Shown here: positions 19,168 to 28,130 of the stretch, one piece after another
How positions within the stretch are numbered: position 1 is the first letter of the stretch
How the letters are laid out: each line of letters opens with the position of its first letter
Assembly (NCBI GenBank): GCA_036338835.1
Contig: JAYZBF010000167.1
Location: 1 to 47,355, forward strand
DNA: 47,355 nucleotides
Origin: Planctomycetota bacterium
GTDB lineage: Bacteria > Planctomycetota > Planctomycetia > Pirellulales > Pirellulaceae
Direction: 5' to 3'
The notes under the pieces: model-generated
Told to the model about the DNA's origin: nothing
Database searches by the model: none
What the model saw: the letters and a program-made list of their open reading frames with translations, nothing else
Program-made: the position numbers and the translations under genes

Positions 19168-20595
19168 TTACAAAAACCCTTTATTCCAGGGTCCAGTAAT
19201 TGCGGCGGTAAAGCCCGGCGATTGGATATTAGTGAAAAGCCACTGCCCGTCTGGACTGAAATTGACACCCGCCCATTCTGAGCCACGGAAGTCACCTTTT
19301 TTACCCATGGTGCGTTCGTTGATAATCACATTATTGAAGCCCAGCGGAAAAATATCTCCCTCTGGACTAAGCATCTGTAGCCGCGGATAGAATCTTTCAA
19401 TCCCCGCATCCGTTTTCACTGTCGTAGTACCGCAATCTTCACAGACAAGAATACCTCCGCGGGGGCTAATCGCTAGGTTATCCGGCATGTTCAGTACTAA
19501 TTTGTCCGGTGACTCAAACACCAATCGCAACGTATTCTTGCTTGGAATATATTCCCATATTTGCCCAGCGCTAACATTTCCGCCGCTCGTGGAATCAAAA
19601 AAGATCGAACCTTGATAATGCCAAATACCTTCGAGCCGAGCAAAGTTTGTCCCACCTAGTTTGCGGCCTTGCGAATAAACACCAAGAGCGTTCGTAGTGC
19701 CTTCAACATGAGGAATTGTAGGATCATCAATCGTAACCCATTCAATGTTTTCAAATACGGCACCTGGCTTGACGTTTTTGGATAGATCAAGCTGTCCAGG
19801 TACTTTCATCATTTGTAGAGTTCCGCCGACTATCAACCTTCCTTTGGTTTTAGGTAAAAACCGATACAACCCAGACGTTGATCTATCTTCGGTTTCGTAG
19901 ACAATCGAAGTCGCCGGATCAACAGCAACGGCTTCATGCACAAAACGGCCCATGTCCTTCAGTGGCACAGGTGATCCGTTGCCATCAGCAGGTACCTCAA
20001 ATATCCAACCGTGCGTTTCCTCATACTTCGGGTCTGATTCTTCTTCAGGGCCATACAGCGTTTCTTCACAAGTCAACCAACTTCCCCAAGGGCTTACCCC
20101 GCCGGCACAATTTCGTACGGTACCGGAAAGGCTTGCTTGGCTCGTCAAAAACTTGCCGACATTACAATCAAAAGTGAAGTTGCTTGTGCCTCCGCCTGCA
20201 TTAGCATCGTAGGTATTCGCCGCTTTAGCATATGAGGGTTTTAAGCCATTGATTTCATGATTTCGGCAAAGTGTAACAATGCCCTTGTTCTGAGCAATTA
20301 CCCCCATGCCATCATGAGCGCCTGGCATTTTACGGCCATCACTCATCGTCTCACCCGCCCAATTGCCTGTTACATATTTGAACCCCTCCGGCAAACTCAG
20401 CAATTCCAAGCCCGTGTTCATATCTTTCGTCGGTTTTAGCGGACCATAGGGACTCTTTTTACCCGACTTATCCACGTTGGATGCTTGTAGGTAATTAAAA
20501 TTGCTAAGTGTATCGGCAACCAAGAATGCCCCAACCGCGCTCGAAGAAAGACTCAGGAAATCACGGCGGGAACTTGTTTGTCGCTTATTAGTCAT
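19168..20595 (-). CDS. PhoX-like / DUF839 secreted protein (putative alkaline phosphatase family) with a Tat leader
   Basis: Start placed at the internal ATG (MTNKRQTSSRRDFLSL, canonical S-R-R-x-F-L). Blocks PDNLAISPRGGILVCED and GSEWAGVNFSPDG are typical of DUF839/PhoX beta-propellers. Confidence 0.65.
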   Translation of the reverse strand: MTNKRQTSSRRDFLSLSSSAVGAFLVADTLSNFNYLQASNVDKSGKKSPYGPLKPTKDMNTGLELLSLPEGFKYVTGNWAGETMSDGRKMPGAHDGMGVIAQNKGIVTLCRNHEINGLKPSYAKAANTYDANAGGGTSNFTFDCNVGKFLTSQASLSGTVRNCAGGVSPWGSWLTCEETLYGPEEESDPKYEETHGWIFEVPADGNGSPVPLKDMGRFVHEAVAVDPATSIVYETEDRSTSGLYRFLPKTKGRLIVGGTLQMMKVPGQLDLSKNVKPGAVFENIEWVTIDDPTIPHVEGTTNALGVYSQGRKLGGTNFARLEGIWHYQGSIFFDSTSGGNVSAGQIWEYIPSKNTLRLVFESPDKLVLNMPDNLAISPRGGILVCEDCGTTTVKTDAGIERFYPRLQMLSPEGDIFPLGFNNVIINERTMGKKGDFRGSEWAGVNFSPDGQWLFTNIQSPGFTAAITGPWNKGFL

Positions 20596-20698
20596 CGTAT
20601 CTATTCTAGGAAGAAGGGGAAGGCGGGTATTGATGAACACTCATTATAATTCAGGCGCCGACAATTAACATAGCAGATCAATTGAATGCCGAAACACT

Positions 20699-21988
20699 TT
20701 AGATTTCCCAGCCTGGACGATAGTCTTTTCTTAGCAAGCTGTTGGCGGCATCGTTGTTCGTTATGCTCATAGATTTGGGATCATAGGTGATCGGAGTCCC
20801 AGCTCGATAAGCAACATTACCGAGTAAGACGATTTCGGTAAAGGGTCCTGCGTATGCAAAATTAGAACCGGTAGCGCTGCCAGTTTTACAAGCCGCAATC
20901 CATTGGGCATGATGGCCTGGTGACTCCGGTAAATAGGGTGCTGGTGCTTCGATGCCATCACCAATAAAGACTGGGGACTGACCGTGTGTACATGCTACTT
21001 GGCCTTTGTCTCCTATAAACAGCGATCCGTTCATGGGTAGATTTTTAGCAATTTCAGGATCCTGCGGGCGTGCTGTTCCTTCATACCAATAGATATCGAC
21101 CGGAGCATATTTGCCTCGGCGGCCAAATTCAAATTTTGTAATCATCCATGTTGGTGCACTATCGGCATTAACATCTGGGCCTTGCGAGGCAACCGTCACT
21201 TTGCCACCAAGCTTCAAGCCCCAAAAACTGGGGTCCATTAAGTGAATGGCCATATCCCCAATCGCTCCACAGCCAAAGTCCCAGAACCCGCGCCACTTAA
21301 ATGGCATATAAGCGGGATTGTAGGAGCGGGATCGAGCGGGTCCGAGCCATAAGTCCCAACTAATGTTACCGGGTATTTCATGTTTTCCTGTAGGGGCATC
21401 AATCCCTTGTGGCCACCATTTGCCAGGGCGATCCGTAATGATATGTGCCTCGCGAACTTGGCCCAGAGTCTGGGATTCTAAGATTTCAACCAACCTTAAA
21501 TATCCTGGATGCTCATGGTTTTGTGTTCCCATCTGAGTGGCAACACCTTGCTTCTTCGTTTCGCTGGCAACCATTCGCGCTTCTTCAACACTGTGAGTCA
21601 ATGGTTTTTCACAATAGACATGCAACCCTGCACGGAGTGCTCGTAACGTCGCAGGAGCATGATGGTGGTCTGGCGTGGAAATAACGGCGGCATCTATATC
21701 GTTGCGTTCAAGAAGCTTTCGATAGTCCGCATACTCGACTGCTTTTGGATGTTTGTTTTTTGCTCCCGCTAACCGATCACTATCAACATCACATACGGCC
21801 ACAATATTCTGACCACCCATGGCCGATAGGTTCGCACCGCCTCGGCCTGCCACGCCAATGACACCAACGTTGAGTCTCTCGTTGGCGCCAAAAACCGTAT
21901 CCGGCACAAACAATGGAACCGAAAAAACCGTGGACGCTTTGACAAAGTTACGGCGATTTAAATGTGTTTTGCTCGCTGGCTGCGCCAT
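20699..21988 (-). CDS. Gfo/Idh/MocA-family oxidoreductase with a Tat leader
   Basis: Leader NRRNFVKAS, Rossmann motif GVIGVAGRGG and a conserved CEKPL block. Confidence 0.85.
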   Translation of the reverse strand: MAQPASKTHLNRRNFVKASTVFSVPLFVPDTVFGANERLNVGVIGVAGRGGANLSAMGGQNIVAVCDVDSDRLAGAKNKHPKAVEYADYRKLLERNDIDAAVISTPDHHHAPATLRALRAGLHVYCEKPLTHSVEEARMVASETKKQGVATQMGTQNHEHPGYLRLVEILESQTLGQVREAHIITDRPGKWWPQGIDAPTGKHEIPGNISWDLWLGPARSRSYNPAYMPFKWRGFWDFGCGAIGDMAIHLMDPSFWGLKLGGKVTVASQGPDVNADSAPTWMITKFEFGRRGKYAPVDIYWYEGTARPQDPEIAKNLPMNGSLFIGDKGQVACTHGQSPVFIGDGIEAPAPYLPESPGHHAQWIAACKTGSATGSNFAYAGPFTEIVLLGNVAYRAGTPITYDPKSMSITNNDAANSLLRKDYRPGWEI

Positions 21989-22113
21989 CGTAGATTCCCT
22001 TGGGTAATAAATTAATCACTAGGTATTAGCTTACTATAGAACACTTCGCGATTGCCGTGTGTTCTTAGCCGGAGATATTCAAGCGGATAATTTACAGCCT
22101 ATTAATTCGCCAT

Positions 22114-22773
22114 CTATTTACGGGCGATCCACGTCCAATGGCGATCGCTGCTGGCCTGCACCGTTGCGTCGTCAAATCCTAGCGAGCTAATCAACCCGCG
22201 TATTTCAGCTAAGCTCAACGCCGCCCGTAATGAATCATCAAACATCTGTTGCTGGTGTTCATTTTCCTCACCAGCATATTGTTGTACCAACGTAAAAACT
22301 TGTTCATCAGTTGCCGGACGCAGTAGATCACGAAAAAACAACAGCCCTCCAATACGAGCAACTCGTATAGCTTCGGTAAGCGCCATCAGTGGTTCTGGAA
22401 TATGGTGAATAATGCTATTGGACATCACCGTAACAAACGACTCGGATTCCATTGACAGATCTTTCGAGTCAATCTGCTGTAAAAAAATACGGTCTGTGAG
22501 ACCTTCGACTTCGATATTGTATCGAGCCAAATCTAGCATATGCGCCGCTAAGTCTATCCCCATCACCCGGCAATTCGGATCCTGCTGGCACAGCACTACA
22601 GGAATTTGCGCGGTACCTGTTCCCAGGTCTAAAACTTCCATACCAATATCACCTGCCTGTAGCAAATCAGTAACAAAAGCTTGGTTAACGCCACTGTGGT
22701 CCATACGATCATAGTCATGGGCTTCGGCCACCGTATCCATAACTTCCGGCTCCAACACTCGTTCTAAACTCAT
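22114..22773 (-). CDS. Class I SAM-dependent methyltransferase
   Basis: Motif I VLDLGTGTAQ. ATG at 22773 is preferred over the TTG one codon upstream. It lies 84 nt downstream of epmB on the same strand. Confidence 0.8.
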   Translation of the reverse strand: MSLERVLEPEVMDTVAEAHDYDRMDHSGVNQAFVTDLLQAGDIGMEVLDLGTGTAQIPVVLCQQDPNCRVMGIDLAAHMLDLARYNIEVEGLTDRIFLQQIDSKDLSMESESFVTVMSNSIIHHIPEPLMALTEAIRVARIGGLLFFRDLLRPATDEQVFTLVQQYAGEENEHQQQMFDDSLRAALSLAEIRGLISSLGFDDATVQASSDRHWTWIARK

Positions 22774-22860
22774 CAATCTATTCTTTCTAAGGATCTTTGG
22801 GCTGCATCAAGGCTGTCTTTATGTGATCACCGATTGTCTATAGCCCTTGTGAATATAGTA

Positions 22861-23916
22861 TTACGCTAGTATCGTTTTTGCCAACTCTTTCGGAATTTCT
22901 TGTACATAGCGAGGGACCGCATATCCCGGCAGCTTTGTTCGTAGTTGCTTAATCAACTGCTTACCCGTTTCAATCGGCACTTCGAAATGTGCTGCGCCAG
23001 CAACTCGATCCAGCTGGTGCAAATAATAAGGCAACACGCTCGCATCAGCCAGCTTGGCAAACAGCTCTTCTAGAGCTCCAAGCGAATCATTCACACCTTT
23101 CAAAAGCACCGCCTGATTGAGTACTGGAATTCCTGCTTTAACAAGACGACCAAGTGACTGCAACACATCTATTCCAAGTTCATTGCCATGATTGGCGTGC
23201 ACCACAAACCAAACGGCCAAACGACTAGAGGCCAAGCGATTCACTAATACCTCTGTGACGCGTGATGGTATCACAATGGGCAAACGAGTATGAATCCTCA
23301 AACGTTTGAGGTGTGGAATATTTTCCAGCATCGTTATTAATTCTATTAACAAATCATCGGTCAACACCAATGGATCGCCGCCACTGAGGAGTACTTCGTG
23401 GATACTATCATCGCTGCAAACAGCATCCAATGCGGGTTGCCAACGGACATCTTCGCCACCGATTTCTTTAAACGACTGGTAGGGAAAGTGCCGCCGGAAA
23501 CAATAACGACAATGCACGGCACAAGCACCAGTCACAACCATCAGTGCGCGGCCCGCATATTTCTGTAATAGTCCTGGTGCGAGACCAGCCTGTGATTCCC
23601 CCACTGGGTCGACTTTAAACTGAGTGTCGAACACTTCTTCCTGTACCACATTAAGAACCTGCCGCAACAGCGGATCATCTGGGTTTCCACGTTCCATGCG
23701 GCGAGCAAATCCGCGTGGCACGAACAGTGGGAATTGTTTTGCTGCCAGCGCTGAAATCTCCATCTCAGCGAGATCGATATTCAAGAACTGGCATATCTCG
23801 TCCGCTGACCGGAAAGCTGTTTTTATCTCTTGTTGCCATGTCGGAATTTCAATTTCCACATTCAGGTTAGGCTTTTCGCTTCGAGGCAGTTTGGACTGTA
23901 ATAACGTCGGGGGCAT
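22861..23916 (-). CDS. epmB: EF-P beta-lysylation protein EpmB (lysine 2,3-aminomutase, KamA family, radical SAM)
   Basis: Radical-SAM motif CAVHCRYCFRR, KamA-type length and blocks (LLSGGDPL), and a position divergent from efp as in E. coli. Confidence 0.85.
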   Translation of the reverse strand: MPPTLLQSKLPRSEKPNLNVEIEIPTWQQEIKTAFRSADEICQFLNIDLAEMEISALAAKQFPLFVPRGFARRMERGNPDDPLLRQVLNVVQEEVFDTQFKVDPVGESQAGLAPGLLQKYAGRALMVVTGACAVHCRYCFRRHFPYQSFKEIGGEDVRWQPALDAVCSDDSIHEVLLSGGDPLVLTDDLLIELITMLENIPHLKRLRIHTRLPIVIPSRVTEVLVNRLASSRLAVWFVVHANHGNELGIDVLQSLGRLVKAGIPVLNQAVLLKGVNDSLGALEELFAKLADASVLPYYLHQLDRVAGAAHFEVPIETGKQLIKQLRTKLPGYAVPRYVQEIPKELAKTILA

Positions 23917-24009
23917 GGTTATAGTATCAATAAGAAAAGTGGTATAAAAGAATCCTTGACGACCCTTGATTTTAACAACAATTAACTCGCGCAGAGGAAG
24001 TGAACGACC

Positions 24010-24582
24010 GTGGCAACCTATAAGACTAACGATTTTCGCAAGGGCTTGCGAGTTGAAATTAACGGCGAGCCGTACATGATGATCGAAATGAATTTCGTAA
24101 AACCTGGCAAAGGTAATGCTTTTTATAAATGCAAGCTACGAAATTTACTGCGCAATACAATCTTAGATCGCACCTATAAAGGTGGCGATTCGCTCGAATC
24201 CGCTGATGTTGAGGAAGTTGGTTGTCAATATTTATATAAACAAGGTGATACCTTCGTCTTTATGAACAACGTTGATTATGACCAATATGAATTATCTGCC
24301 GAGCAAGTAGGTGATTACTGGAAATATTTAACCGAAGGCATGAAATGCCAAACGGTACTTTGGAACGAAAATCCAATTACCTTAACTCCACCGAATCACG
24401 TCGAATTAAAGGTTGAATATTGTGAACCCGGTGCCAAAGGCGACACAGCAACAAGTGTTACCAAGCCTGTCACGGTTGAAACTGGAGCTGAGATTCTCTG
24501 CCCAGCATTTATAGAAATGGGAAATATTATCAAAGTCGACACTCGTACCGGCGATTATGTCGAACGCGTGAACCAAAAATAA
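24010..24582 (+). CDS. efp: Elongation factor P
   Basis: MATYKTNDFRKGLRVEINGEPY...FVKPGKGNAF is collinear with E. coli EF-P. The modified-loop Lys34 codon is at 24109-24111. The start is GTG, with AGGAAG 9 nt upstream. Confidence 0.95.
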   Translation: MATYKTNDFRKGLRVEINGEPYMMIEMNFVKPGKGNAFYKCKLRNLLRNTILDRTYKGGDSLESADVEEVGCQYLYKQGDTFVFMNNVDYDQYELSAEQVGDYWKYLTEGMKCQTVLWNENPITLTPPNHVELKVEYCEPGAKGDTATSVTKPVTVETGAEILCPAFIEMGNIIKVDTRTGDYVERVNQK

Positions 24583-24611
24583 CCTTTGCGAAAAAGCGCA
24601 TCGCCATCAGC

Positions 24612-24896
24612 ATGGCCTACCTGCTAGCCACAAACGGACTCGATCGCGGACAAGCCCATAAGCTTGTACTGGGTGACAACGTCATTGGCCGAGATGCTGA
24701 TTGTACCGTCCACCTCAACTTACCGTCGGTCAGTCGCAAGCATGTGCGGCTTGTCGACGACGACCCGCATTTCACAATCTCGGATCTCAACAGCGCTAAT
24801 GGGACGAAGATAAACGGCCACGAACTCACCAATCCAGTATCCCTGCAGCCCGGGGATTCGATCATGATTGCCGATCTGGAATTTTCATTTGTGCTG
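24612..24896 (+). other. FHA (forkhead-associated, phosphothreonine-binding) domain region of the EpmA ORF
   Basis: Pattern G-R ... S-R-x-H ... D-L-x-S-x-N-G-T-x-I-N-G, all in the expected order and spacing. Confidence 0.8.
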
Positions 24897-25889
24897 AAGC
24901 TGCCAGAGACTTCAAAAAACGTTTCCGACTTTAATCGCACAAATTACCAGCCAACCGCGGAGCTCTCTACACTACAGCGACGCGGTGAACTTCTAGCTCA
25001 AGTCCGAGCGTTCTTTTGCGACCATGGATTTGATGAAGTCGAAACACCCATACTCTCAATAGACACCGTTGTCGACCGCCATTTGTTTCCGATTCCGGTA
25101 GTCATCCACGATGAAACATTTTGGTTACAAACTTCGCCAGAGTTTCATATGAAGCGGTTGCTGGCAGATGGCATGAAAGCCATTTACCAAATCACGCGAG
25201 CATTTCGCAATGATGAAAAAGGCCCTCATCACAATCTGGAATTTACGATGCTCGAGTGGTACAAAACATCATGGTCAACCGATGATGCCATCACATTCTT
25301 GGGGTCCCTAGTAAGCACCATTTTATCCACCGAGACGCACCAAACAATTTCCTATCAACAAGCCTTCATGGCGGCCATAGAAATTGATCCGCTCGAAGCT
25401 TCTGCTGCGAAATTGTTGCAATGCATTGCTAGTTTAGATTTTCAACCGCCGGAAAACTGGCGTAATATGGATCGTGATGGCTGGCTTGATTTGTTGTTCA
25501 CCGAGTATGTACAACCAACGCTAGGCCTAGACGTTCCAACCGTTTTGATCGACTACCCTCTTTCTCAAGCCGCCTTAGCTCGACAAAACCCCAATAACCC
25601 AAAAGTTGCTGATCGCTTTGAACTATTTTTCCATGGCTTGGAATTGGCCAACGGTTATCACGAACTCTTAGATGTTCAGGAATTACGACGTCGCAACGAA
25701 CAAAATAACCGGCAGCGGGAACAAGATGGGCAACCTCGATTACCACAAGAAAGCTATTTGGATACGGCAATGCAAAGTGGCTTACCGGATTGCTGCGGCG
25801 TAGCCCTAGGGTTTGACCGCTTAGTGATGTTAGCAACCGGTGCCGCCGACATCGCCGAAGTAATCGCCTTTCCCTTCGATCGTGCATGA
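24612..25889 (+). CDS. epmA: EF-P--(R)-beta-lysine ligase EpmA (PoxA/GenX, LysRS class II paralogue) with an N-terminal FHA domain
   Basis: Residues ~118-425 are collinear with E. coli EpmA (SPEFHMKRLL, FRNDEKGPHHNLEFTMLEWY, ELANGYHEL, GLPDCCGVALGFDRLVML). Residues 1-95 carry FHA signatures (IGR, SVSRKHV, SANGTKING). Confidence 0.9.
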   Translation: MAYLLATNGLDRGQAHKLVLGDNVIGRDADCTVHLNLPSVSRKHVRLVDDDPHFTISDLNSANGTKINGHELTNPVSLQPGDSIMIADLEFSFVLKLPETSKNVSDFNRTNYQPTAELSTLQRRGELLAQVRAFFCDHGFDEVETPILSIDTVVDRHLFPIPVVIHDETFWLQTSPEFHMKRLLADGMKAIYQITRAFRNDEKGPHHNLEFTMLEWYKTSWSTDDAITFLGSLVSTILSTETHQTISYQQAFMAAIEIDPLEASAAKLLQCIASLDFQPPENWRNMDRDGWLDLLFTEYVQPTLGLDVPTVLIDYPLSQAALARQNPNNPKVADRFELFFHGLELANGYHELLDVQELRRRNEQNNRQREQDGQPRLPQESYLDTAMQSGLPDCCGVALGFDRLVMLATGAADIAEVIAFPFDRA

Positions 25890-26051
25890 CGCCGTGGCGT
25901 GGCAGCGCTCGGTATTGGAAATCCGTATCCGTCGCAGCGGTGGTGGATTCACCCCTAACCGCGGTCCCTAATAGGGTTCAAATAGCAGGCGAACATGGTA
26001 GACTACGGACATCAATAGGATCTATATAATCGTCTCATTTGATTGACAGCA

Positions 26052-26846
26052 ATGCGTCAATATCTCGATCTAATCCAGCAAATCTACGACCACGGTGCAA
26101 TCAAAGAAGATCGTACCGGCACTGGGACTCGTAGCCTATTTGGCCACCAAATGCGATTTGATCTAGCTAATTCTTTTCCGCTACTTACCACCAAAAAATT
26201 ACACCTGCGTTCCATCATCCACGAGTTGCTGTGGTTCTTGACCGGTGACACCAACATCCAATACCTCCGCGACAATAAAGTCCGCATTTGGGATGAATGG
26301 GCGGATGAAGATGGAAACCTCGGTCCCGTCTATGGCCACCAATGGCGGAGTTGGCAAAGTACGGATGGTCGAGTCATCGACCAGATAAGTGATGTTATTG
26401 AAAACATCAAATCCAACCCAGACTCTCGTCGGCTGATCGTCAGCGCTTGGAACGTGGGCGACGTTGATAAAATGGCATTGCCGCCTTGCCACTTATTATT
26501 CCAATTTTATGTCGCCAACGGCAAGTTGTCGTGCCAGTTGTATCAGCGCAGCGCTGATGTGTTCCTCGGTGTTCCATTTAATATCGCCTCGTATGCACTG
26601 CTAACACTAATGGTGGCTCAAGTCACATCACTACAACCTGGTGAGTTTGTACATACACTCGGCGATGCCCATCTTTACAGCAACCATCTCGAGCAAGCCG
26701 AATTACAGTTATCCCGCGAGCCACTAGATTTGCCGACGTTGCAAATAAATCCAGACGTAACAAACATCTTTGATTTCAAGTTTGAAGATTTCACCCTCGA
26801 TGACTACGACCCCCATCCGCACATCAAAGCCTCCGTTGCTGTCTAA
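26052..26846 (+). CDS. thyA: Thymidylate synthase ThyA
   Basis: [43 protein letters not shown] is almost collinear with E. coli ThyA. The catalytic-Cys context PPCH is present. ATG at 26052 is preferred over TTG at 26043. Confidence 0.95.
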   Translation: MRQYLDLIQQIYDHGAIKEDRTGTGTRSLFGHQMRFDLANSFPLLTTKKLHLRSIIHELLWFLTGDTNIQYLRDNKVRIWDEWADEDGNLGPVYGHQWRSWQSTDGRVIDQISDVIENIKSNPDSRRLIVSAWNVGDVDKMALPPCHLLFQFYVANGKLSCQLYQRSADVFLGVPFNIASYALLTLMVAQVTSLQPGEFVHTLGDAHLYSNHLEQAELQLSREPLDLPTLQINPDVTNIFDFKFEDFTLDDYDPHPHIKASVAV

Positions 26847-26882
26847 GTTCCATTAAATTCAAAACGTATTAGCGGTAGTACA

Positions 26883-27371
26883 ATGGCCCTTTCTATTATT
26901 GTCGCCATTTCCCAAAATGGAATTATCGGCCGAGAGATGGCTTTACCTTGGCACATCTCGGCTGATTTGAAACGATTCAAAGCCTTAACCATGGGGCACC
27001 ATATTGTCATGGGTCGTAAAACCTATGAATCCATTGGGCGGTTGTTACCGGGACGAACCACGGTGATTATCACTCGACAATCAGATTACCAAATTCCAGG
27101 AGCAATCGTTGTAAATAGTATCGATGAGGCCATGGCGGTTGCGGCCGACGATCTGGAAACGTTTATTGTGGGTGGCAGCCAAATCTATAATCTAGCACTG
27201 CCGCTGGTTGATACTCTTTATATCACTCGCGTCCATGCTGACGTCGAAGGTGACACTCGGCTTGATGCCGTCGACTGGTCGGCCTGGGAGTGTGAAAGTA
27301 GCGAACGCCACTCGGCGGGAGAGAAAAACGACCACGAGTATTCATTCGAAATCTATCGCCGCGCATCGTAG
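26883..27371 (+). CDS. folA: Dihydrofolate reductase
   Basis: ISQNGIIGREMALPW...RFKALTMGHHIVMGRKTYESIG...VGGSQIYN are typical FolA motifs. It lies immediately downstream of thyA. Confidence 0.9.
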   Translation: MALSIIVAISQNGIIGREMALPWHISADLKRFKALTMGHHIVMGRKTYESIGRLLPGRTTVIITRQSDYQIPGAIVVNSIDEAMAVAADDLETFIVGGSQIYNLALPLVDTLYITRVHADVEGDTRLDAVDWSAWECESSERHSAGEKNDHEYSFEIYRRAS

Positions 27372-27458
27372 CATTGACGCTATCAGCCGCTAAAATCGCT
27401 ACGATTAACTTCAAAAACATCTGCTCTCGCGTGCTTTTAGCTTTTTCTTGCCTAGGAA

Positions 27459-27484
27459 TGAACCCGCTTACGCTATCATGCGTA
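27459..27484 (+). promoter_or_regulatory. Candidate ECF-type (autoregulated) promoter: TGAACC-N16-CGTA
   Basis: TGAACC lies at 27459-27464, followed by a 16-nt spacer and CGTA at 27481-27484, 17 nt upstream of the sigma-factor ATG. It resembles the generic ECF -35 GAAC / -10 CGT architecture. Confidence 0.3.
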
Positions 27485-27500
27485 AAGTTAACTAGTCATC

Positions 27501-28127
27501 ATGCAAATAACACCGGTGTCACCCACTATGGGGAACGAACTAACTGACGAGCAAATAATGGCTCGTTATAAGAAAGAAGGTTGTCGAGACCTGTTTGCGC
27601 AATTGGTGCGCAGATACGAACGAGAGCTTTATAGTTATTTGCGGCGGTACGTTGGTAATGCAGAAATGGCAGAAGACGTTTTTCAAGCAACGTTTTTGCA
27701 GGTTCATTTGAAGTGTGACCGGTTTGATGACAGTCGCCGTTTTCGTCCTTGGTTGTATACGGTTGCAACCAATCAAGCGATTGATGCCCAGCGTCGACAA
27801 AAACGCCATCGCATGGTGAGTTTAGATCAGACTAACAAATCACAAGATAGTGTTGATATTGGCTCGCTAATTAATCTGCTTGAAGGAAACGATGGGGATC
27901 CACTGGAACATGTTGCTCAACTCGAACGCGGGCAATGGGTTCAACAAGCCGTTAGCGAATTATCAACACAAATGCGAGGCGTGATTGATTTGGTTTATTA
28001 CCAAGGCATGAAGTACCGTGAAGCCGCAGACATATTAGGCGTCCCCGTGGGGACTGTGAAAAGCAGATTACATGCGGCCGTTATAAAGTTAAACGAAGTT
28101 TGGTCGCGTACGATGAATGAGCAGTAA
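27501..28127 (+). CDS. ECF-family RNA polymerase sigma factor (sigma-70 regions 2 and 4)
   Basis: Region 2 is EDVFQATFLQVHLKCDRFDDSRRFRPWLYTVATNQAID. Region 4 HTH is YREAADILGVPVGTVKSRLHAA. The start could instead be Met10 (27528). Confidence 0.9.
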   Translation: MQITPVSPTMGNELTDEQIMARYKKEGCRDLFAQLVRRYERELYSYLRRYVGNAEMAEDVFQATFLQVHLKCDRFDDSRRFRPWLYTVATNQAIDAQRRQKRHRMVSLDQTNKSQDSVDIGSLINLLEGNDGDPLEHVAQLERGQWVQQAVSELSTQMRGVIDLVYYQGMKYREAADILGVPVGTVKSRLHAAVIKLNEVWSRTMNEQ

Positions 28128-28130
28128 AAT

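Noticed and set aside
23917-24009. Sigma-70-like promoter call (TTGACG at about 23957) in the epmB/efp divergent region.
   Set aside because: No acceptable -10 hexamer sits at 16-18 nt spacing, and planctomycetal promoter consensus is poorly defined. I did not call it.
25890-26051. Possible tRNA or small RNA between epmA and thyA (GGGTTCAAAT at 25974-25983 resembles a T-loop; palindrome CCCTAATAGGG at 25966-25976).
   Set aside because: I could not build an acceptor stem, D-arm or anticodon arm around it on either strand. It is most likely just the thyA promoter/5' region.
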